A stretch of DNA of 64,000 nucleotides from Picochlorum sp. SENEW3. Lineage: Eukaryota. Made by a program: the position numbers and the translations under genes. The stretch lies in NCBI GenBank assembly GCA_034226945.1, contig CP120454.1, positions 1,178,001-1,242,000 on the forward strand, read 5' to 3'. Below are positions 21,314 through 30,750 of the stretch, piece by piece; within the stretch, counting starts at the first letter, position 1; every line of letters begins with the position of its first letter. Below the pieces are notes generated by a model. That model was not told the origin of the DNA, searched no databases, and saw only the letters and a list, made by a program, of their open reading frames with translations.

Positions 21314-21803
21314 GAACTTACGTTTGCTGCATGACATTGGTCATGCATCCTCAGGGGCCACTGAAATGTACCCACGCATAGGGGAATGTTACCCCAATAC
21401 TTGTCTGTAGAAGAAATCTATCGCATATATATGTACACATAACATTGAAGTTGTTCAGATCAGTGTTTTTCACAGGGCTTATTGATGTGTTTTGGTGTGC
21501 TGGTTTTTTACGTTTTGAAGACACCCTACCCTACAGTTGCATACTTTTCTTTTAAATTTACAAACCCGTTTCTGTAAGCGATTTACACCGTTCAAATGCA
21601 AACACCGCGTACTAACCATCTATTTAGACGCATGTATGCGTCTCTCTCTCCATGTAAGGAAAAAAAATCCCTGCTCAAGATCATCATTCATCATGGGATT
21701 GAACCATCCTAGGGCATGGAGAATATGACGAGAGTAGATTTCTGTTTTCGTCCCATACAATAAAAATAAAATTATATTACTATTCCTTCAATACAATTGA
21801 AAC

Positions 21804-22796
21804 ATGGCGACCCTTGCAGCCCATCAACATGGTAAAAGCAAGGTCAGAGTTGGTCGAGTGTGGCGACAGGGTTCGCGTACGTTGCCCTTGACACTGTCTT
21901 CTTTATTTCACACAAACCGTACACAATGTTCGATTTGATCACTCAAATTACATATATCACTGTATATAGGTCACACATTTTGCGAATGGGAGGTCGATAC
22001 GATGCTGGAAAGCGATATGGCTCACGCCTACGTGACACCCAGCAACAAGGGTATGACCGCAACAGATACTCAAAAGAACACGATATACTGCATCGCCAAG
22101 CGCATGTCATCATACTGCAGTCCAGAGGAGTTTGGAATCGCTGTGGCAAAACACTTTGTGACGGAATACCCGCTCGTATCAAAAGCCAAGGTGACTGTCA
22201 AACTCATGCCCTGGTCCAGGTACACAGATGCTGCAACGGGAGGGAGTCACAACCACGGCTTCACGCCTAACGGCAGCCATATACGAACAGCATATGTCAC
22301 ATTCGATGACACAGGTGACATATCCGTGACCGCCGGCGTGCAGGGTCTGAAGGTTCTCAAGACCACCCAATCTGGATACGAAGGGTTTCTCCATGACAAC
22401 TACACGCTGCTCAAGGATACAAATGAGCGCATATTGGCCACAGCTATGACTTCAACTTGGAAATACTGTTCAAAAAATTTGCCGACAGACTACGACAAGG
22501 CATATAACAGCGTCTTGCAAGCCTGCCTGTCGAAATTCTTTGGGCCTCCAGGGGCGGGTGTGTTCTCTCCAAGTGTACAGTATACCTTGTATGAGATGGG
22601 CAAACACGCCATCGCAACAGTGCCACAGGTATCAAGCATATTTTTCAATCTCCCCAACCTTCACTTTATCCCAATCACACCGGTGAACAGTCCACCGTTT
22701 AACGATGATGTGTATGTTGCCACAAGTGAGCCACATGGAAATATTGAAGCGTGTATTACTAGAGAATCACAAGTCCCCCCTCACTGTAAATTGTAA
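21804..22796 (+). CDS. UOX: Urate oxidase (uricase), intron 21877-21969
   Basis: HGKSKVRV, ATDTQKNT, VLKTTQSGYEGF, SPSVQYTLY, LPNLHF, EPHG.IEA. C-terminal CKL is PTS1-like. Confidence 0.95.
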
Positions 22797-23026
22797 TGAG
22801 ATATTGTGTTGGATCAAACATGTATTGCTGTAATAATGATGCAAAGATCCACATCTTGGTGATGATACACACATGAAAGGACAACAATTGTTCTCATGTA
22901 GTACTACTAGTAGCCAGATGGCTACACAAGGGGAGGTCGTCTGATCCCTACAAGATCAGCAGCAACAGCCATCGCCGCTCATCATTTAAAATAAACATAT
23001 CATACTATAATAATATACAAAATAGA

Positions 23027-23794
23027 ATGTTTATCTGGAATTGGTACGTCTTCGTGTGGTGATCAGACATGGACGCGAGTCAAAAGAGCGCTGATGATCG
23101 TCGGTGACAGAATGTAATAGGGGCAACAGTGGCAAACTCTGCCATTTTATGCCACTATGTATCAATTTAATGCTATATGTGTGGTATCTGTGGGATACAG
23201 TATCGACCCGAGTGATGAATTCTGTGCAGGTTCTACAGCGTGTTGAACAGCCTCGGTCTGTACAACAAGAATGCTAAGATTCTCTTCCTTGGATTAGATA
23301 ATGCTGGTAAGACAACATTGATGCATATGCTCAAGGATGAGAGGTTGGCACAGCACCAGCCGACCCAATACCCAACGTCGGAAGAGTTGCAAATGGCTGG
23401 GATCAACTTCAAGGCCTTTGATCTCGGAGGGCACGAGATTGCAAGAAAGGTGTGGAAGGATTACTATGCCAAGGTGGATGCTATTGTGTATCTGGTAGAC
23501 TCGGCTGATAGAGATCGTTTCCCTGAGAGTAGAATTGAGTTGGACTCCCTCTTATCAGATGATTCGTTGGCTGATGTGCCGTTTTTGATTTTGGGGAATA
23601 AAATTGATCTTCCAGAGGCTGCTTCGGAGGATGAAATTCGCTATGGTCTGGGATTGACGAATCTGACAACAGGAAAGGGCAAAGTTGACATGAAGGACTC
23701 CTCTATTAGGCCCATTGAGATCTTCATGTGCAGTGTAGTGCGTCGAATGGGGTATGGAGAGGGATTTAGGTGGATGAGCCAGTACATTAAATAA
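23027..23794 (+). CDS. SAR1: SAR1 small GTPase (intron 23044-23229)
   Basis: [45 protein letters not shown]. Confidence 0.97.
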
Positions 23795-23930
23795 TTTAAT
23801 ATACGTTGTAAGAGTTTGGTAGTATGTTTTTTTTGCAGGGCACAGCATATATACTGTGCGCTTGGCTTCATAATAATACACGCAAGTATTTTACACGTAA
23901 CAATCTCAAAATTCATATCAAACTACATTA

Positions 23931-24429
23931 TTACTTGTTCAACATTCTACGCTGCCCTGCAGTTAGAACAGGCTTTGGAAGGGTTCCTTCTGAACACCTA
24001 GCATCCATCCATTGTCCAGAAGCATCCACACAGTGGACTCTCATGTCATATCTTTCCAGCTCCTTCTGGCAGAATACACAAGGCACGGCGCATCCCAAGG
24101 TTCCATCTGAGCGATATCGAAGTACAAAGATGTGCGTTCCATACTTTCGCCGTATCCAAGCGACAATCTTGTGGGATGGAACTCCTTGCTTTCGAGCCTG
24201 CTGTACCCAGGAGTCGAGTAGTCGCCTCTCCGCACAGCATCTATGCGTACTTGCGCACCCAGACTCACACACATCCTTTATCTCGGAATTTGCCTTGTTG
24301 AACCCACTCGTGGCATTCTCCATCGTTCTGAGCGGTGCGGTAAAAGTCGGCCATACGAGATGGGCGGACTGGAAGAGCATACACGGTTTTCTGGAACTTC
24401 ATAGCGGTGGTCGTTTCTGTAATCTTCAT
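23931..24429 (-). CDS. Zinc-dependent cytidine-deaminase-fold protein (CAE / PCxxC); predicted intron 24307-24241
   Basis: CCAERR and PCVFC motifs. The splice GA|GTGGGT...GCATAG|A joins upstream exon MKITETTTAMKFQKTVYALPVRPSRMADFYRTAQNDGECHE to CCAER. An unspliced ORF 23931..24380 is the alternative model. Confidence 0.7.
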
Positions 24430-24600
24430 GATAGCAAAGGACTGTGACTATTATATGTGGCTCTGCAGGTCATGACGCTGCCGTATGGCTGTGGTCGTGT
24501 ATTTTAAAAGTGTTCAAATATGGACTTTCGAACCATGGATCTCCATGGCTGCAGGGTGTGTACCCCGTCTATAGTGCTTTTATTTTGCTTCCAAAACTCT

Positions 24601-25431
24601 ATGGAGAGCAATGTTGAACTGCAACAGGACGAAATCCTTGCTCTGCAATCGATTTTTGGGGACGAGGTCGTCGAGAGTGTGGAAGAGTCAATCTGCCTGA
24701 CATTCCCTCACATTGACAGCAGTCCTTTCATTCGAATAGTCCTCTACTTCCCAGCAGAGTATCCGAGTCATGAGCCTCCCATCGCCGAGATTTCATCTCC
24801 GATCCTTGATGAGAGTGTGATTGCTTCCATGGGTGCCAAGTTGCATGATATGTTTGTTCCTGGACAGGTTGTTGGTTTTGAATGGCTTGCGTGGGTCCAA
24901 GAGGAATGGGATACCGTATACTCCAAGAAACATGGTGCCTCAGAATGTCGTGAACTAGTGCAAGATGATGACAGACACACCTGCATGCAGTCATCAGGTG
25001 ACAATAGAAATGGCAAGGAGGCATCTTCTAGAACAGTGAATGGCTTGTCATGGGATGATATATACCATGGCGACATTCTTGTGGAAAAAAAGTCTAAATT
25101 TCAGGCCCATGTGGCTTCAATTTCGAGCGTCAATCAGGTTGAAGACATCATGGATGTGCTCTTGCAGAATACAAAAGTGTTTAATGCAACTCACAATATC
25201 ATGGCATACAGAGTGGAGAGCGATCGAGGGAATTTGCATCAGGACTTTGATGATGACGGCGAGTCAGCAGCTGGTAAGAGATTATTACATCTATTGCAGG
25301 TCATGGACCAACATAATCTCATCGTTGTGGTTTCAAGGTGGTTTGGAGGAATAAAATTAGGGCCATCAAGGTTCGCATGTATCAATAATGCTGCTCGAAT
25401 AGCCATCGAGGAGTATACATCTTCCAAATGA
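24601..25431 (+). CDS. IMPACT: IMPACT protein (RWD + UPF0029 domain)
   Basis: QQDEILALQSIF and YPSHEPP (RWD). EKKSKFQAH, ATHNIMAYR, DDDGE.AAG and VVSRWFGGIKLGP (UPF0029). Confidence 0.92.
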   Translation: MESNVELQQDEILALQSIFGDEVVESVEESICLTFPHIDSSPFIRIVLYFPAEYPSHEPPIAEISSPILDESVIASMGAKLHDMFVPGQVVGFEWLAWVQEEWDTVYSKKHGASECRELVQDDDRHTCMQSSGDNRNGKEASSRTVNGLSWDDIYHGDILVEKKSKFQAHVASISSVNQVEDIMDVLLQNTKVFNATHNIMAYRVESDRGNLHQDFDDDGESAAGKRLLHLLQVMDQHNLIVVVSRWFGGIKLGPSRFACINNAARIAIEEYTSSK

Positions 25432-25610
25432 TACTGCACGCGTGTGCATATTACACACATGCATGTGATGGGTGCAAGTTGCTTCAATTGTTCAGTATGA
25501 TGAATTCAAACAAACTTTCAGAAACAGAACATGGTTCCCTATGTACATTTCTCCAAATTACTCAGTAATTATTGATTAAAATATTCTTAATAAATATCAT
25601 TATATGATGA

Positions 25611-26372
25611 ATGGAACCAATCGATACCGAAACCTTTGAGCGACAGGGTTTTCTGGTCATTAGCAATTTTTGCAGTCCTTTGGAAATTGACCAATTGCAA
25701 CTGGTGCGTGTTACTGTTGATATGATCTATCGATATACTTACATGAAATTATATGACGACGCACAGGAATGTGGATTTCTGTTAGAATTGGGCCAACGAC
25801 GCTCGTGCATTTATGAGCCAGTAGGAGCAGCACTGCTGGAACAGAGCCCACAGGAGGCACGATGGGCGATGGACGAATACAAGCAGCTTCGGACACGGTA
25901 TCCTCTTGGGAGGGGAACTCTTGAGATTCTGTTCTCAGAGAAAATGCGGCGTGTTGTAGAGGCTTTCCTTGGATCAGATGCACGGTTGTTCAATGAACAA
26001 TTCATTGTAAAGCCACACAACTCTGGCATGGAGGGTTGTTTTGGATGGCATCGAGATTCAGACAGTCTGAATGACACAAACATCCCATATATTTCAATAT
26101 GGATTGCTCTAGACGATGTGACACTGGACAATGGCTGCTTGGTAGTAGAGGACACTGCACAAGGATGTGCTCATAGAGCATTGGAAATACCCAACGGGTC
26201 TGCTGTCGTCATGTCTCATCTCTTGCTGCATACAAGCGGAGAGAATAAAACAAGATTCCAAAGGCGAGCGTGGATGCCTCAGTTCTCCAAAGGACCCATC
26301 ATGTCTTCAGTAAATAATAATCTGCCTGTGTCTCTTGCCATTCCCATGTGCATACCATCTTCTTCTTCATAG
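25611..26372 (+). CDS. PhyH-family Fe(II)/2OG dioxygenase (probable in-frame intron 25704-25766)
   Basis: FERQGFLVI, FIVKP, WHRD, SIWIALDDVTLDNGCL, LLHTSGEN, RRAW. Confidence 0.85.
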   Translation: MEPIDTETFERQGFLVISNFCSPLEIDQLQLVRVTVDMIYRYTYMKLYDDAQECGFLLELGQRRSCIYEPVGAALLEQSPQEARWAMDEYKQLRTRYPLGRGTLEILFSEKMRRVVEAFLGSDARLFNEQFIVKPHNSGMEGCFGWHRDSDSLNDTNIPYISIWIALDDVTLDNGCLVVEDTAQGCAHRALEIPNGSAVVMSHLLLHTSGENKTRFQRRAWMPQFSKGPIMSSVNNNLPVSLAIPMCIPSSSS

Positions 26373-26424
26373 CCTGTGTTCAATCTTAAAAAAGTACAAT
26401 AATAATAAATGAATGAATGAACGA

Positions 26425-27720
26425 TTATTTGGAATCGACATATTCCTGAGCCTTTTCAAACGCCTTTTCCAAATCATAAATTAAGTCATCTATATGTTCA
26501 ATCCCAGCAGAGATTCGTATCAAATCATTCGGCAGCCCTCTGGCAGCACGAACCTCTGCAGGTATAGACGCGTGGCTCATAAAGCACGGCATACTGATCA
26601 GAGAATGAACGTTTCCGAAAGACACTGTTATTTTGAACAGTTTTGCATTATCACAGATGATTTTGGAGACCGTCTCATCACCAGTTGTGAAAGAAAACAG
26701 ACTCCCAGCACTGCTCGCCTGGGATGAATTGATATCGTGACCTGGAAAATCTTTCAAGCCAGCATAATTGATTGACTGCACCAATGGCTGCTGTCTGACC
26801 CAGTCAACCAGTTTTTCGCAGTTTTGCACTTGGCGTTCCATCCTCAACGACATGGTCTTGAGACCTCGAATCAACAGCCAACAATCCATGGGAGACAGAC
26901 CAGTCCCTTCTGCATTCTGCACAAAATACAAGCGTTTCGCGAGCTCAGGATCTCTCACCGCGAGCACTCCCCCTGTCACGTCGGAGTGCCCACCAATGAA
27001 TTTCGTGGCTGACGTCATGCTAATATCAGCTCCAAGATCCAAAGGCATTTGATACAATGGCGTCAGAATTGAGTTATCCACACACGTCAATGCTCCCACA
27101 TCTTTCGCCATCTCACAAATACGCTTAATATCACACACTTGCATGCGTGGATTTGTCGGTGATTCCAACATGACGAGTTTGGTCTTGCCTGGAATGATGG
27201 CCTTGGCCACAGCAGCAGGATCCGTCGTATCTACATTTGTCACATCGATCCCTGCCGTCGGGACAACCTGGGCAAGCAACCGCGATGTCCCACCATACAA
27301 GTCATCCCCAGCAACGATATGGTCCCCAGCATTCAGCAATCGAGTCACTGCAGCCAATGCCGACATGCCACTTGAGTATGCCAAGGCCCTCTCTGCTTTT
27401 TCAAGCCTCGCAAGAGTCTTCTCCAGAACCGTCCTCGTCGGATTCCCGCTACGAGAATAATCATATGGACCATTCTCAGTTGCATTGGGTTGTCCGAATG
27501 TCGCAGTCTGATAGATTGGCGGCATACTTGCATCGAAAGGGTCTAATTCGAGACCCTCGCTTTCCACCATGAGCGTGTTCCGATGCAATGGTCGACCATC
27601 ATCCGTGCGATTACTTTGTCTAATGACTGATTTGCACCGCATTGTAGCGCTATTGGTACCAGCATTGAAGATTGCCTGTTTGTTGCCGACAGTCTGCAAC
27701 TTGAGACTTGCGCACTTCAT
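26425..27720 (-). CDS. metC: Cystathionine beta-lyase, plastid type
   Basis: PIYQTATF, YDYSRSGNPTR, LESPTNP, SATKFIGGHSD (PLP lysine), TVSFG, MSHASIP. N-terminal transit-like extension. Confidence 0.92.
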   Translation of the reverse strand: MKCASLKLQTVGNKQAIFNAGTNSATMRCKSVIRQSNRTDDGRPLHRNTLMVESEGLELDPFDASMPPIYQTATFGQPNATENGPYDYSRSGNPTRTVLEKTLARLEKAERALAYSSGMSALAAVTRLLNAGDHIVAGDDLYGGTSRLLAQVVPTAGIDVTNVDTTDPAAVAKAIIPGKTKLVMLESPTNPRMQVCDIKRICEMAKDVGALTCVDNSILTPLYQMPLDLGADISMTSATKFIGGHSDVTGGVLAVRDPELAKRLYFVQNAEGTGLSPMDCWLLIRGLKTMSLRMERQVQNCEKLVDWVRQQPLVQSINYAGLKDFPGHDINSSQASSAGSLFSFTTGDETVSKIICDNAKLFKITVSFGNVHSLISMPCFMSHASIPAEVRAARGLPNDLIRISAGIEHIDDLIYDLEKAFEKAQEYVDSK

Positions 27721-28004
27721 TACAATAAATATGACACCTGGTGTACTATGAATTTCGCAAATTACTTTTAAATTTCAAAAAAGAATGGATAATGCATTGG
27801 GCATTATCACCACATCATGAAGATCAGATTGATACAGACTGTGCAGTCATGAACTTTCAACTTCTCAAAAAATGTATAACGACAACTGATTCTTCTTCAG
27901 ACCAATCAATGGCTTCCTGATGTTTCCACTGCCATCTCCATAAGGTAGTAAACAACGAGAATAATGGATATGATTCATTGATGAATAGCAATACCGGAAT
28001 GGGG

Positions 28005-28747
28005 TTATGCAAGATTTCCCACAAGGAAAGTCTTCAACACTGCCCGCTGGGGGGCACCATGCTGTGGCCCTCCGTTGAAGGCGCTTGAAGCATCTCTCCC
28101 AAAATATGGAGTAATTTTATCACGTCCTCCAGGGTGAATTCGAGCGAACGACGTCAAGTCGTATACTTTATTATCGATAATAGTCCAACGTTTGGACTTG
28201 ACCTGGTCCATGGTAATGCCACTGCCTGAAGAGGAACTTCCGCCGCCGGAACTGATGTATCCAGCATATCTCCCAGACTTTTTACAGACCTTGACAGAGT
28301 TCTTAGTTACTTCGCCACTCGAGTTAGCTACGTTCCTCTTGCTCAGAGTGCAGTACTTCTTTGATGGAGTGTATGTGAAACTTCCACATTTGGAAGACTT
28401 TGCACACTTTTTGAAGCAATCCTGGACAGAACCCACCTTCTTCGCGGTATAATAGGATCCTCCTTTCGTCTGATAGCCATTATATGCTCCTCCTGTCTTT
28501 CCTTTGTATGCTCCAAAGGTCTCATCAGCTGAATTCTCAGACAGATATTTCTTGCACTTGGCAGCAAGAGTCTGGTCGAGCAAGCCTGCACAAGGCACCG
28601 TTATGAACATTACATCAGAACCTCACCACATAAAAATAATCACGTGCAGAGTCATCAATTCGAATTCGAATGATGATGTAGAGCGAGGAAGAATCACTCA
28701 CAAGCTAAAGCGCCCAAAAGGCACAGAACAATTCCAATGGTTCTCAT
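28005..28747 (-). CDS. Secreted PAN/Apple + cytochrome b5-like heme-binding protein, copy A (2 exons)
   Basis: Signal exon MRTIGIVLCLLGALA-T|GTGAGT...GTGCAG|GC. PAN pattern SVQDCFKKCAKSSKCGSFTY...CTL, Gly/Ser linker, then WTIIDNKVYDLT.F...HPGG...GRDAS..F...H...VG.L. Confidence 0.85.
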
Positions 28748-29068
28748 TTCTCATGCAAAGAACCATAAAGATATAGTAAAATTATAAAAAAGAAAGGTTC
28801 TTTCTGGGTTTGGCAGGTTGTCTCTGGAACATTATACTGCTCTCTGATGCTGTTTGAAAGAGAGCCAGACCACATGCGTGTGAGCACTTTCTGGCCACGA
28901 ATTTCAAATCAACGATATATCCCTATCAATGGAAACCCTTGACAGACGCAGATGATTTCCCGAGTGTACCATCGGCCGCGTAGTTTGATGGTCACAAGTG
29001 TTCCATCAACTACACGGATCAGTATTCGTGGATTGATGTGGGCACAAAGAACAATCTCTTTAGTTTGG

Positions 29069-29280
29069 TTCGAGACCCTCACTTTCCACCATGAGCGTGT
29101 TCCGATGCAATGGTCGACCATCATCCGTGCGATTACTTTGTCTAATGACTGATTTGCCCCGCATTGTAGCGCTATTAGTACCAGCATTGAAGATTGCCTG
29201 TTTGTTGCCGACAGTCTGCAACCAAGGACTTGCATGCTATTGCTACTGCTTTACAATAAATATGACACCTGGTGTACTAT
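29069..29280 (-). pseudogene. Duplicated 5' fragment of the cystathionine beta-lyase gene
   Basis: Near-identical to 27547-27749 except around the start codon, where CTTCAT is replaced so the original ATG is lost. Truncated after VESEGLE. Confidence 0.85.
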
Positions 29281-29519
29281 AAATATCGTATTGTGTTTTC
29301 TATAAGTCTTGAAAGAATTAGTAGTACGCTATTCTTGGGCATCATTGCCGCTGTTATAAATGCAGCAATCTGCTTGCTTGCAACCTTTCAAAAGATGAAC
29401 AAGCACTGATTCCGTGTCTGAAGCAATCAATGGCTTCAGAATTGAAACAGAAAATTATCTCCATACAGCATATCGAATGCCATTTTGGTGATACGAGATC
29501 ACTCGAACCAACAATGGAA

Positions 29520-30259
29520 TTATGCAAGGTTTCCTACAAGGAAAGTCTTCAACACTGCCCGCTCAGGGGCACCATGCTTTGACTCTTTATTAAACTCTCG
29601 TGTTGCGTCTTTTCCAAAGTATCTAGTGACGGATCCACTTCCTCCAGGGTGAATTCGAGCGAACGACGTCAAGTCGTATACCTTACCATCAACAACAGTC
29701 CAACGTTTGGACTTGACCTGGTCCATGGTAATGCCACCGCCTGAAGAGGAACTTCCGCCGCCGGAACTGATGTATCCAGCATATCTCCCAGACTTTTTAC
29801 AGACCTTGACAGAGTTCTTAGTTACTTCGCCACTCGAATGAGCTACGTCCCTCTTGCTCAGAGTGCAGTACTTCTTTGATGGGGTATATGTGAAACTTCC
29901 ACACTTGGAAGACTTTGCACACTTTTTGAAGCAATCCTGGACAGAACCCACCTTTTTCGCGGTATAATAGGATCCTCCTTTCGTCTGATAGCCATTATAT
30001 GCTCCTCCTGTCTTTCCTTTGTATGCTCCAAAGGTCTCATCAGCTGAATTCTCAGACAGATATTTCTTGCACTTGGCAGCAAGAGTCTGGTCGAGCAAGC
30101 CTGCAATGCACAAGGCATTGTCACGGATCACATCAGTATATTAATGTATGTATTTGATCGCTCGCATCGCCATCAGATCGACAGATGACGGCGAACGCGG
30201 TAGAGACACGTACATGCCAATGCTCCCAAGATGCATAAAATAATTCCGATGGCTCTCAT
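29520..30259 (-). CDS. Secreted PAN/Apple + cytochrome b5-like heme-binding protein, copy B (2 exons)
   Basis: Signal exon MRAIGIILCILGALA-T|GTACGT...TTGCAG|GC. Same architecture as copy A. HPGG and the second His are retained. Confidence 0.85.
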
Positions 30260-30750
30260 TTCTCACGCAAGGTATTAGATTAACGAATATATTGCAGTAA
30301 AACTCATAAAAAAGTGATCTTTAGTCGATGCATGGGTCTATGTAAGACGATATGGCACCTTGATGCTGTTTGAAGTTGGTTCAGAAGCCAGACCACGTGT
30401 ATCGGTTCTCCAGCCACGAATTTCAAATCAACGCGATACTCCTATCAATGCAATTCCCTGACCGATTAGTACTATCAACTTTCAACATGTACTATTGACC
30501 AAGTAGTTTGATGGTCATAGATGTTTTATCAATGTTTTGGAGCGACGGAACTCACCCAAACAACATTCTTGGATCAAGTTGGACACGGACAGGTCCCTTC
30601 AATTATATTTAACAGAATGCAAGTACATGATGTTGTTATAGCACGTTTTCTGCGGGAGACACATAAAGGTTTCGTTCAAACTCGAGTTTGAACACGAGAG
30701 GGATTTCCACCGACGGGTTGGTGTTGCACAGAACTGTCGCAGTTGACGTC

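Larger units (their letters stand above)
27547..30540. repeat. Tandem segmental duplication with a unit of about 1.52 kb (about 27547-29030 and 29069-30540)
   Basis: TTCGAGACCCTC at 27547 and 29069 (offset 1522). Paralogous genes. Shared upstream blocks TGATGCTGTTTGAA, GCCAGACCAC, CCACGAATTTCAAATCAACG and TAGTTTGATGGTCA. Confidence 0.9.

Noticed and set aside
28909..29282. ORFs 28909..29235 (-) and 29091..29282 (+)
   Set aside because: They are off-frame or antisense readings of the duplicated cystathionine beta-lyase fragment.
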